NCBI GenBank assembly: GCA_964016885.1
Contig: OZ024741.1
Location: forward strand, 404,860,001 to 404,924,000
Length of the DNA: 64,000 nucleotides
Reading direction: 5' to 3'
Source of the DNA: Eledone cirrhosa
Lineage: Eukaryota
Position 1 is the stretch's first letter. Each line of letters begins with the position of its first letter. This document shows positions 38,301 to 53,300 of the stretch, in pieces. The position numbers and the translations under genes were made by a program. The notes under the pieces are model-generated. The model saw only the letters and a list, made by a program, of their open reading frames with translations. It had not been told where the DNA came from and did no database searches.

Positions 38301-41300
38301 TATTAAATATATCCAACAATAATGTGACCATTACTGACGACACTGGTCCACTTGTCCTGCTATATATGGTATACCAATCCTGGACACTAAATATTAAATA
38401 TATCCAAAAATAATGTCAGAATTACTGACGACACTGGTCCACCAGTTCTGGTATATATGGTATGCCAATCTTGGACACTAAATATTTAATTTATCCAACA
38501 CAGTTGTCACCATTACTGCCGACACTGGTCCACCAGTCCTGGTATATATGTTATACCAATCCTGGACACCAAATATTAAATATATCCAAACCTATTGTCA
38601 CCATTATTGACGACACTAGTCCTCTAGTCCTGGTATATATGGTATACCAATCCTGGACACCAAATATTAAATATATCCAACACTATTGTCACCATTACTG
38701 ACGGCACTTGTCCACTAGTCCTGGTATATATTTTATACCAATCCTGGACACCAAATATTAAATATATACAACACTATTGTCACCATTACTGACGGTACTG
38801 GTCCATAAGTCCTGGTATATATGGTATACCAATCCTGGATACCAAATATTAAATATATACAACACTATTGGCACCATTACTGACGGTACTGGTCCACTAG
38901 ACCTGGTATATATGGTATACCAATCCTGGACACCAACTATTAAATATATCCAACACTATTGTCGCCATTACTGAAGACACTGGTCCAATAGTCCTGGTAT
39001 AATTGATATACCAATCCTGGACACCAAATATTAAATATATCCAACACAATTGTTACCATTACTGAAGGCACTGGTCCACCATTCCTGGTATATATGGTAT
39101 ACCAATCCTGGACACCAAATATTAAATATATCCAAAATTATTGTCACCATTACTGACGACACTAGTGCACTAGTCCTGGTATATATGGTATACCAATCCT
39201 GGACACCAAATATTAAATATATCCAACACTAATGTCACCATTATTGACGACACTGGTCCACCAGTCCTGGTATATATGGTATACCAATCCTGCACACCAA
39301 ATATTAAATATATCCAACAATAATGTCACCATTCCTGACGACACTGGTCCACTAGACCTGGTTTATATTGTATACCAATCCTTGACACCAAATATTAAAT
39401 ATATCAAACAATAATGTCACAATTACTGACGACACTGGTCCACCAGTCCTGGTATATATGGTATACCAATCCTGGACACCTAATTTTAAATATATCCAAC
39501 GCTATTGTCACCATTACTGACGACACTGGTCCACTAGACCTGGTATATATGGTATACCAATCCTTGACACCAAATATTAAATATATCAAACAATAATGTC
39601 ACAATTATTAACGACACTGGTCCACCAGTCCTGGTATATATGATATCCCAATCTGGGACACTAAATATTAAATATATCCAACGCTATTGTCACCATTACT
39701 GACGACACTGGTCCACTAGTCCTGGTATATATGGTATACCAATCCTTGACACCAAATATTAAATATATCCAAAACTATTGTCACCATTGCTGATGGCACT
39801 GGTCCACTAGTCCTGGTATATATGGTATACCAATCCTGGACACCAAATATTAAATATATATAACACTATTGTCACCATTACTGACGGCACTGGTCCACCA
39901 GTCCTGGTATATATGATATACCAATCCTGGACGCCAAATATTTAATTTATCCAACACAATTGTCTCCATTACTGCCGACACTGGTCCACCAGCCTGGTAT
40001 ATATGGTATACCAATCCTGGACACCAACTATTAAATATATACAACTCTATTGTCAACATTACTGACGACACTGGTCCACCAGTCCTGGTATATATGGTAT
40101 ACCAATTCTGGACACTAAATTTTAAATATATCCAACAATAATGTCACAATTACTGACGACACTGGTCCACCAGTCCTGGTATATATGGTATACCAATCCT
40201 GGACACCAAATATTAAATATATCCAACATTAATGTCACCATTATTGATGACACTGGTCCACCAGTCCTGGTATATATGGTATATCAATCCTCGACACCAA
40301 ATATTAAATATATCCAACAATAATGTCACCATTACTGACGACACTGGTCCACTAGACCTGGTTTATATTGTATACCAATCCTTGACGCCAAATATTAAAT
40401 ATATCAAACAGTAATGTCACAATTACTGACGACACTGGTCCACCAGTCTTGGTATATATGGTATACCAATCCTGGACACCTAATTTTAAATATATCCAAC
40501 ACTATTGTCACCATTACTGACGACACTGGTCCACTAGTCCTGGTATATATGATATACCAATCCTGGACACCAAATATTAAATATATCCAACTCTATTTTC
40601 ACCATTACTGACGACACTGGTCCACTATTCCTAGTATATATGGTATACCAATCCTGGACACCTAATTTTAAATATATCCAACACTATTGTCACAATTACT
40701 GCCGACACTGGTCCACCAGTCCTGGTATATATGGTATACCAATCCTGGACGCCAAATATTTAATTTATCCAACACAATTGTCACCATTACTGCCGACACT
40801 GGTCCACCAGTCCTGGTATATATGGTATACCAATCCTGGACAGCAAATATTAAATATATCCAACACTATTGTCACAATTACTGACGACACTGGTCCGCCA
40901 GTCCTGGTATATATGGTACACCAATCCCGGACACCATATATTTCTCAAAGAATAATGTCACCATTACTGACGACACTGGTCCACCAGTCCTGGTATATAT
41001 GATATACCAATCCTGGACACCAAATATTAAATATATCCAACTCTATTTTCACCATTACTGACGACACTGGTCCACTATTCCTAGTATATATGGTATACCA
41101 ATCCTGGACACCAAATATTAAATATATCCAACCCTCTTGTCACAATTATTGACGAAACTGTTCCACCAGTCTTGGTATATATGGTATACCAAGCCTGGAC
41201 ACCAAATATTAAATATATCCAACGCTCTTGTCACAATTATTGACGAAACTGGTACACCAGTCCTGGTATATATGGTATATCAATCCTCGACACCAAATAT

Positions 41301-44300
41301 TAAATATATCCAACTAAAATGTCACCATTACTGACGACACTGGTCCACCAGTCCTGGTATATATGGTATATCAATCCAATCCTGGACACTAAATATTAAA
41401 TATATCCAACAATAATGTCACAATTACTGACGACACTGGTCCACCAGTCCTGGTATATATGGTATACCAATCCTGGACACCAAATATTAAATATATCCAA
41501 CACTATTGTCACCATTATTGACGACACTGGTCCACCAGTCCTGGTATATATGGTATACCAATCCTGGACACCAAATATTAAATATATCCAACACTATTGT
41601 CACTATTACTGACGACACTGGTCCACCAGTCCTGGTATATATGGTATATCAATCCTCAACACCAAATATTAAATATATCCAACAATAATGTGACCATTAC
41701 TGACGACACTGGTCCACTTGTCCTGCTATATATGGTATACCAATCCTGGACACTAAATATTAAATATATCCAACACTAATGTCACCATTATTGACGACAC
41801 TGGTCCACCAGTCCTGGTATATATGGTATATCAATCCTCAACACCAAATATTAAATATATCCAACTCTATCGTCACAATTACTGACGACACTGGTCCGCC
41901 AGTCCTGGTATATATGGTACACCAATCCTGGACACCAAATATTAAATATATCCAACACTATTGTCACCATTACTGACAACACTGGTCCACCAGTCCTGGT
42001 ATATATGGTATACCAATCTAGAACACTAAATATTAAATATATCCAACAATAATGTCACAATTACTGCCGACACTGGTCCACCAGTCCTGGTATATATGGT
42101 ATACCAATCCTGGACGCCAAATATTTAATTTATCCAACACAATTGTCACCATTACTGCCGACACTGGTCCACCAGTCCTGGTATATATGGTATACCAATC
42201 CTGGACAGCAAATATTAAATATATCCAACACTATTGTCACAATTACTGACGACACTGGTCCGCCAGTCCTGGTATATATGGTACACCAATCCCGGACACC
42301 ATATATTTCTCAAAGAATAATGTCACCATTACTGACGACACTGGTCCACCAGTCCTGGTATATATGGTATACCAATCCTGGACACCAAATATTAAATATA
42401 TCCAACACTATTGTCACCATTACTAACAACACTGGTCCACCAGTCCTGGTATATATGGTATCCCAATCCGGGACACTAAATATTAAATATTTCCAACGCT
42501 ATTGTCACCATTACTGACGACACTGGTCCACTAGACCTGGTATATATGGTATACCAATCCTGGACACCAAATATTTAATATATCCAACGTTATTGTCACC
42601 ATTACTGACGACACTGGTCCACTATTCCTAGTATATATGGTATACCAAGCCTGGACACCAAATATTAAATATATCCAACCCTCTTGTCACCATTATTGAC
42701 GAAACTGGTCCACTAGTCCTGGTATATATGATATACCAGTCCTGGACACCAAATATTAAATATATCCAACACTATTCTCACCATTACTGACGGCACTGTT
42801 CCACCAGTTCTGCTTTATATGGTATACCAATCTTGGAAACCAAATATTTAATTTATCCAACACAATTGTCAAAATTACTGCCGACACTGGTCCACTAGTC
42901 CTGGTATATATGGTATACCAATCCTGGACACCAAATATTAAATATATCCAACAATAATGTCACAATTACTGACGACACTGGTCCACCAGTCCTGGTATAT
43001 ATGGTATACCAATCCTGGACATCAACTATTAAATATATCCAAAATTATTGTCACCATTACTGACGACACTGGTCCACTAGTCCTGGTATATATCGTATGC
43101 CAATCCTGGACACCAAATATTAAATATATCCAACACTAATGTCACCATTATTGACGACACTGGTCCACCAGTCCTGGTATATATGGTATATCAATCCTCA
43201 ACACCAAATATTAAATATTTCCAACACTATTGTCACAATTACTGACGGGACTGTTCCAGCAGTTCTGGTATATATGGTATACCAATCCTGGATACCAAAT
43301 ATTTAATTTATCCAACACGATTGTCAACATTACTGCTGACACTGGTCCACCAGTCCTGGTATATATGGTATACCAATCCTGCACACCAAATATTAAATAT
43401 ATCCAACAATAATGTCACCATTACTGACGACACTGGTCCACTAGACCTGGTTTATATTGTATACCAATCTTTGACGCCAAATATTAAATATATCAAACAG
43501 TAATGTCACAATTACTGACGACACTGGTCCACCAGTCTTGGTATATATGGTATACCAATCCTGGACACCTAATTTTAAATATATCCAACACTATTGTCAC
43601 CATTACTGACGACACTGGTCCACTAGTCCTGGTATATATGATATACCAATCCTGGACACCAAATATTAAATATATCCAACTCTATTTTCACCATTACTGA
43701 CGACACTGGTCCACTATTCCTAGTATATATGGTATACCAATCCTGGACACCAAATATTAAATATATCCAACCCTCTTGTCACAATTATTGACGAAACTGT
43801 TCCACCAGTCTTGGTATATATGGTATACCAAGCCTGGACACCAAATATTAAATATATCCAACACTATTGTCACCATTAATGAGGACACTGGTCCACTAGT
43901 CCTGGTATATATGATATACCAATCCTGGACACCAAATATTAAATATATCCAACACTATTGTCACCATTTCTGACGGAACTGGTCCGCCAGTCCGGGTATA
44001 TATGGTATACCAATCATGGACACCAAATATTATATATATCCAACGCTCTTGTCACAATTATTGACGAAACTGGTACACCAGTCCTGGTATATATGGTATA
44101 CCAAACCTGGACACCAAATATTAAATATATCCAACACTATTGTCACCATTACTGACGACACTGGTCCACTAGTCCTGGTATATATGGTATACCAATCCTG
44201 GACACCAACTATTAAATATATACAACACTATTGTCTACATTACTGGCGACACTGGTTCGCCAGTCCTGCTATATATGGTATATCAATCCTCGACACCAAA

Positions 44301-47300
44301 TATTAAATATATCCAACTAAAATATCACCATTACTGACGACACTGGTCCACCAGTCCTGGTATATATGGTATATCAATCCAATCCTGGACACTAAATATT
44401 AAATATATCCAACAATAATGTCACAATTACTGACGACACTGGTCCACCAGTCCTGGTATATATGGTATACCAATCCTGGACACCAAATATTAAATATATC
44501 CAACACTATTGTCACCATTATTGACGACACTGGTCCACCAGTCCTGGTATATATGGTATACGAATCCTGGACACCAAATATTAAATATATCCAACACTAT
44601 TGTCACCATTACTGACGACACTGGTCCACCAGTCCTGGTATATATGGTATATCAATCCTCAACACCAAATATTAAATATATCCAACAATAATGTGACCAT
44701 TACTGACGACACTGGTCCACTTGTCCTGCTATATATGGTATACCAATCCTGGACACTAAATATTAAATATATCCAAAAATAATGTCAGAATTACTGACGA
44801 CACTGGTCCACCAGTCCTGGTATATATGGTATGCCAATCTTGGACACTAAATATTTAATTTATCCAACACAGTTGTCACCATTACTGCCGACACTGGTCC
44901 ACCAGTCCTGGTATATATGTTATACCAATCCTGGACACCAAATATTAAATATATCCAAACCTATTGTCACCATTATTGACGACACTAGTCCTCTAGTCCT
45001 GGTATATATGGTATACCAATCCTGGACACCAAATATTAAATATATCCAACACTATTGTCACCATTACTGACGGCACTTGTCCACTAGTCCTGGTATATAT
45101 TTTATACCAATCCTGGACACCAAATATTAAATATATACAACACTATTGTCACCATTACTGACGGTACTGGTCCATAAGTCCTGGTATATATGGTATACCA
45201 ATCCTGGATACCAAATATTAAATATATACAACACTATTGTCACCATTACTGACGGTACTGGTCCACTAGACCTGGTATATATGGTATACCAATCCTGGAC
45301 ACCAACTATTAAATATATCCAACACTATTGTCGCCATTACTGAAGACACTGGTTCAATAGTCCTGGTATAATTGATATACCAATCCTGGACACCAAATAT
45401 TAAATATATCCAACACAATTGTTACCATTACTGAAGGCACTGGTCCACCATTCCTGGTATATATGGTATACCAATCCTGGACACCAAATATTAAATATAT
45501 CCAACACTAATGTCACCATTATTGACGACACTGGTCCACCAGTCCTGGTATATATGGTATACCAATCCTGCACACCAAATATTAAATATATCCAACAATA
45601 ATGTCACCATTCCTGACGACACTGGTCCACTAGACCTGGTTTATATTGTATACCAATCCTTGACACCAAATATTAAATATATCAAACAATAATGTCACAA
45701 TTACTGACGACACTGGTCCACCAGTCCTGGTATATATGGTATACCAATCCTGGACACCTAATTTTAAATATATCCAACGCTATTGTCACCATTACTGACG
45801 ACACTGGTCCACTAGACCTGGTATATATGGTATACCAATCCTTGACACCAAATATTAAATATATCAAACAATAATATCACAATTATTAACGACACTGGTT
45901 CACCAGTCCTGGTATATATGGTATACCAATCCTGGACACCAAATATTAAATATATCCATCACTAACGTCACCATTATTGACGACACTGGTCCACCAGTCC
46001 TGGTATATATGATATCCCAATCTGGGACACTAAATATTAAATATATCCAACGCTATTGTCACCATTACTGACGACACTGGTCCACTAGTCCTGGTATATA
46101 TGGTATACCAATCCTTGACTCCAAATATTAAATATATTCAAAACTATTGTCACCATTGCTGATGGCACTGGTCCACTAGTCCTGGTATATATGGTATACC
46201 AATCCTGGACACCAAATATTAAATATATCTAACACTATTGTCACCATTACTGACGGCACTGGTCCACCAGTCCTGGTATATATGATATACCAATCCTGGA
46301 CGCCAAATATTTAATTTATCCAACACAATTGTCTCCATTACTGCCGACACTGGTCCACCAGTCCTGGTATATATGGTATACCAATCCTGGACACCAACTA
46401 TTAAATATATACAACACTATTGTCAACATTACTGAAGACACTGGTCCACCAGTCCTGGTATATATGGTATATCAATCCTCGACACCAAATATTAAATATA
46501 TCCAACAATAATGTCACCATTACTGACGAGACTGGTCCACTAGTCCTGGTATATATGGTATACCAATTCTGGACACTAAATGTTAAATATATCCAACAAT
46601 AATGTCACAATTACTGACGACACTGGTCCACCAGTCCTGGTATATATGGTATACCAATCCTGGACACCAAATATTAAATATATCCAACATTAATGTCACC
46701 ATTATTGATGACACTGGTCCACCAGTCCTGGTATATATGGTATATCAATCCTCGACACCAAATATTAAATATATCCAACAATAATGTCAACATTACTGAC
46801 GACACTGGACCACTAGACCTGGTTTATATTGTATACCAATCCTTGACACCAAATATTAAATATATCAAACAATAATGTCACAATTATTAAGGACACTGGT
46901 CCACCAGTGCTGGTATATATGGTATACCAATCCTGGACACCAAATATTAAATATATCCAAAATTATTGTCACCATTTCTGATTGCACTGGTCCACCAGTC
47001 CTGGTATATATGATATACCAATCCTGGACACCAAATATTAAATATATCCAAAACTATTGTCACAATTACTGACGACACTGGTCCACCAGTCCTGGTATAT
47101 ATGATATACCAATCCTGGACGCCAAATATTTAATTTATCCAACACAATTGTCTCCATTACTGCCGACACTGGTCCACCAGTCCTGGTATATATGGTATAC
47201 CAATCCTGGACATCAACTGTTAAATATATCCAAAATTATTGTCACCATTACTGACGACACTGGTCCACTAGTCCTGGTATATATGATATACAAGTCCTGG

Positions 47301-50300
47301 ACACCAAATATTAAATATATCCAAGACTATTGTCACAATTACTGACGACACTGGTGCACTAGTCCTGGTATATATGGTATTCCAATCCTGGAAACCAAAT
47401 ATTAAATATATCCAACATTAATGTCACCATTATTGACGACACTGGTCCACCAGATATTAAATATATCCAAGACTATTGTCACCTTTACTGACGGCACTGT
47501 TCCACCAGCTCTGGTATACCAAATATTAAATATATCCAACGCTATTGTCACCATTACTGACGACACTGGTCCACTAGTCCTGGTATATATGGTATACCAA
47601 TCCTGGACACCAAATATTTAATTCATCCAACACAATTGTCAACATTACTGCCGACACTGGTCCACCAGTCCTGGTATATATGGTATACGAATCCTGGACA
47701 TCAACTATTAAATATATCCAAAATTATTATCACAATTACTGACGACACTGGTGCACTAGTCCTGGTATATATGGTATTCCAATCCTCGAAACCCAATATT
47801 AAATATATCCAACATTAATGTCACCATTATTGACGACACTGGTCCACCAGTCCTGGTATATATGGTATACCAATCCTGCACACCAAATATTGAATATATC
47901 CAACAATAATGTCACCATTACTGACGACACTGGTCCACTAGACCTGGTTTATATTGTATACCAATCCTTGACACCAAATATTAAATATATCAAACAATAA
48001 TGTCACAATTACTGACGACACTGGTCCACCAGTCTTGGTATATATGGTATACCAATCCTGGACACCTAATTTTAAATATATCCAACGCTATTGTCACCAT
48101 TACTGACGACACTGGTCCACTATTCCAAGTATAAATGGTATACCAATCCTGGACACCAAATATTAAATATATCCAACCCTCTTGTCACAATTATTGACGA
48201 AACTGGTCCACCAGTCTTGGTATATATGGTATACCAATCCTGGACACGAAATATTAAATATATCCAACACTATTGTCACCATTACTGACGACACTGGTCC
48301 ACTAGTCCTGGTATATATGATATACCAATCCTGGACACCAAATATTAAATATATCCAAAACTATTGTCACCATTACTGACGGAACTGGTCCAGCTGTTCG
48401 GGTATATATGGTATACCAATCCTGGACACCAAATATTTAATTTATCCAACACAATTGTCACCATTACAGCCGACACTAGTCCGCCAGTCCTGGTATATAT
48501 GGTATACCAATCCTGGACACCAACTATTAAATATATACAACACTATTGTCAACATTACTGACGACACTGGTCCACCAGTCCTGGTATATATGGTATACCA
48601 ATCCTGCACACCAAATATTGAATATATCCAAAAATAATGTCACCATTACTGACAACACTGGTCCACCAGTTCTGGTATATATGGTATCCCAATCCGGGAC
48701 ACTAAATATTAAATATATCCAACGCTATTGTCACCATTACTGACGCCACTGGTCCACTATACCTGGTATATATGGTATACCAATCCTGGACACCAAATAT
48801 TTAATATATCCAACGCTATTGTCACCATTAATGACGACACTGGTCCACTATTCCTGGTATATATGGTATACCAGTCCTCGACACCAAATATTAAATATAT
48901 CCAACCCTCTTGTCACCATTATTGAGGAAACTGGTCCACCAGTCTTGTTATATATGGTATACCAATCCTGGACACCTAATTCTAAATATATCCAACACTA
49001 TTGTCACCATTACTGACGACACTGGTCCACTAGTCCTGGTATATATGATATACCAATCCTGGACACCAAATATTAAATATATGCAACACTATTGTCACCA
49101 TTACTGACGGAACTGGTCCACCAGTTCTGGTATATATGTTATACCAATCCTGGACACCAAATATTTAATTTATCCAACACTATTGTCAACATTACTGACG
49201 ACACTGGTCCACTAATCCTGGTATATATGATATACCAATCCTGGACACTAAATATTAAATATATTCAACAATAATGTCAAAATTACTGACGACACTGGTC
49301 CACCAGTCCTCGTATATATGGTATACCAATCCTGGACACCAAATATTAAATATATCCAAAAATAATGTCACCATTACTGACGACACTGGTCCACCAGTGC
49401 TGGTATATATGGTATCCCAATCCTGGCCACCAAATATTTAATATATCCAACACTATTGTCAACATTACTGACGACACTGGTCCACCGTTCCTGGTATATA
49501 TGGTATACCAATCCTGGACACCAAATATTAAATATATCCAACACTATTGTCACCATTACTGAAAACACTGGTCCACAAGTCCTGGTATATATGGTATCCC
49601 AATCCGGGACACTAAATATTAAATATATCCAACGCTATTGTCAATATTACTGACGACACTGGTCCTCTAGACCTGGTATATATGATATACCAATCCTGGA
49701 CACCAAATATTTAATATATCCAACACAATTGTCTCCATTACTGCCGACACTGGTCCACTAGACCTGGTATATATGGGATACCAATCCTGGATACCAACTA
49801 TTAAATATATCCAACACTATTGTCACCATTACTGACGGCACTGGTCCACTAGTCCTGGTATATATGGTATACCAATCCTAGACACGAAGTATGAAATATA
49901 TCCAACAATATTGTCACCATTACTGACGACACTGGTCCACTAGTCCTGGTATATATGGTATACCAATCCTGGCCACCAAATATTAAATATATCCAACAAT
50001 AATGTCACAATTACTGACGACACTCGTCCACCAGTCCTGGTATATATGGTATACCAATCCTGGACACCAAATATTATATATTTCTAAAGTATTGTCAACA
50101 TTACTGACGACACTGGTCCACCAGTCCTGGTATATATGGTATACCAATCCTGGACACCAAATATTAAATAAATCCAACACTATTGTCACCATTACTGACA
50201 ACACTGGTCCACCAGTCCTGTTATATATGGTATCCCAATCCGGGACACTAAATATTAAATATATCCAACGCTATTGTCACCATTACTGACGACACTGGTC

Positions 50301-53300
50301 CACTAGACCTGGTATATATGGTATACCAATCCTGGACACCAAATATTAAATATATCCAAAACTATTGTCACCATTACTGACGACACTGGTCCACTAGTCC
50401 TGGTATATATGGTATACCAATCCTGGACACCACATATTAAATATATCCAACATTAATGTCACCATTATTGACGACACTGGTCCACCAGTCCTGGTATATA
50501 TGGTATACCAATCCTGCACACCAAATATTGAATATATCCAACAATAATGTCCCCATTACTGACGACACAGGTCCACTAGACCTGGTTTATACTGTATACC
50601 AATCCTTGACACCAAATATTAAATATATCAAACAATAATGTCACAATTATTAACGACACTGGTCCACCAGTGCTGTTATATATGGTATACCAATCCTGGA
50701 CACTAAATATTGAATGTATCCAACGCTATTGTCACCATTACTGACGGCACTGGTCCACCAGTCCTGGTATATATGATATACCAATCCTGGACACCAAATA
50801 TTAAATATTTCCAAAGTATTGTCAACACTACTGACGACACTGGTCCACCAGTCCTGGTATATATGGTATACCAATCCTGGACACCAAATATTAAATATAT
50901 CCAACACTATTGTCACCATTACTGACAACACTGGTCCACCAGTCCTGGTATATATGGTATCCCAATCCGGGACACTAAATATTAAATATATCCAACGCTA
51001 TTGTCACCATTACTGACGACACTGGTCCACTAGTCCTGGTATATATTATATACCAATCCTGGACACCAAGTATGAAATATATCCAACAATAATGTCACCA
51101 TTACTGACGACACTGGTCCACCAGTCCTGGTATATATGGTATACCAATCCTTGACACCAAATATTAAATATATCCAAAACTATTGTCACCATTGCTGATG
51201 GCACTGGTCCACTAGTCCAGGTATATATGGTATACCAATCCTGGACACCAAATATTAAATATATCTAACACTATTGTCACCATTGCTGACGGCACTGGTC
51301 CACCAGTCCTGGTATGTATGATATACCAATCCTGGACGCCAAATATTTATTTTATCCAACAGATTTGTCTCCATTACTGCCGACACTGGTCCACCAGTCC
51401 TGGTATATATGGTATACCAATCCTGGACATCAACTATTAAATATATCCAACATTAATGTCACCATTATTGACGACACTGGTCCACCAGTCCTGGTATATA
51501 TGGTATACCAATCCTGCACACCAAATATTAAATATATCCAACAATAATGTCACTATTACTGACGACACTGGTCCACTAGACCTGGTTTATATTGTATACC
51601 AATCCTTGACACCAAATAATAAATATATCAAACAATAATGTCACAATAACTGACGACACTGGTCCACCAGTCTTGGTATATATGGTATACCAATCCTGGA
51701 CATCTTATTTTCAATATATCCAACAATATTTTCACCATTACTGACGACACTGGTCCACTAGACCTGGTATATATGATATACCAATCCTGGACACCAAATA
51801 TTAAATATATCCAACGCTATTGTCACCATTACTGACGACACTGGTCCACTAGTCCTGGTATATATGATATACCAATCCTGGACACCAAATATTAAATATA
51901 TCCAAAACTATTGTCACCATTAGTGACGGAACTGGTCCACCAGTTCTGGTAAATATGGTATAGCAATCCTGGACACCAAATATTTAATATATCCAACACT
52001 ATTGTCAGCATTACTGACGAAACTGGTCCACCGGTCCTGGTATATATGGTATACCAATCCTTGACTCCAAATATTAAATATATCAAACAATAATGTCACA
52101 ATTATTAACGACGCTGGTCCACCAGTGCTGGTATATATGGTATACCAATCCTGGACACCAAATATTAAATATATCCAACACTAATGTCACCATTACTGAC
52201 AACACTGGTCCGCCAGTCCTGGTATATATGGTTTACAAATCCTGGACACCAAATATTTAATATATCCAACACTCTTGTCAACATTACTGACAACACTGGT
52301 CCACCAGTCCTGGTATATATGGTATCCCAATCTGGGACACTAAATATTAAATATATCCAACGCTATTGTCACCATTACTGATGACACTGGTCCACTAGAC
52401 ATGGTATATATGGTATACCAATCCTGGACACCAAATATTAAATATATCCAAAACTATTGTCACCATTACTGACGATACTTCTCCACCAGTCCTGGTATAT
52501 ATGGTATACCAATCCTGGACACCAAATATTTAATATATCCAACGCTATTGTCACCATTAATGACGACACTGGTCCACTATTCCTAGTATATATGGTATAC
52601 CAGTCCTGGACACCAAATATTAAATATATCCAACCCTCTTGTCACCATTACTGACGACACAGGTCCACTAGACCTGGTATATATGGTATACCAATCCTGG
52701 ACACCTAATTTTAAATATATCCAACACTATTGTCACCATTACTGACGACACTGGTCCACTAGTCCTGGTATATATGATATACCAATCCTGGACACCAAAT
52801 ATTAAATATATCCAACACTATTGTCACCATTACTGACGGAACTGGTCCACCAGTTCTGGTATATATGTTATACCAATCCTGGACACGAAATATTTAATTT
52901 ATCCAACACTATTGTCAACATTACTGACGACACTGGTCCACTAATCCTGGTATATTTGGTATACCAATCCTGGACACTAAATATTAAATATATTCAACAA
53001 TAATGTCAAAATTACTGACGACACGGGTCCACCAGTCCTCGTATATATGGTATACCAATCCTGGACACCAAATATTAAATATATCCAACACTATTGTCAC
53101 AATTACTGACGACACTGGTCCGCCAGTCCTGGTGTATATGGTATACCAATCCTGGACACCAAATATTAAATATATCCAACGCTATTGTCACCATTACTGA
53201 CGACACTGGTCCACCAGTCTTGGTATATATTATATACCAATCCTTGACACCAAATATTAAATATATCTAACACTATTGTCACCATTGCTGACGACACTGG

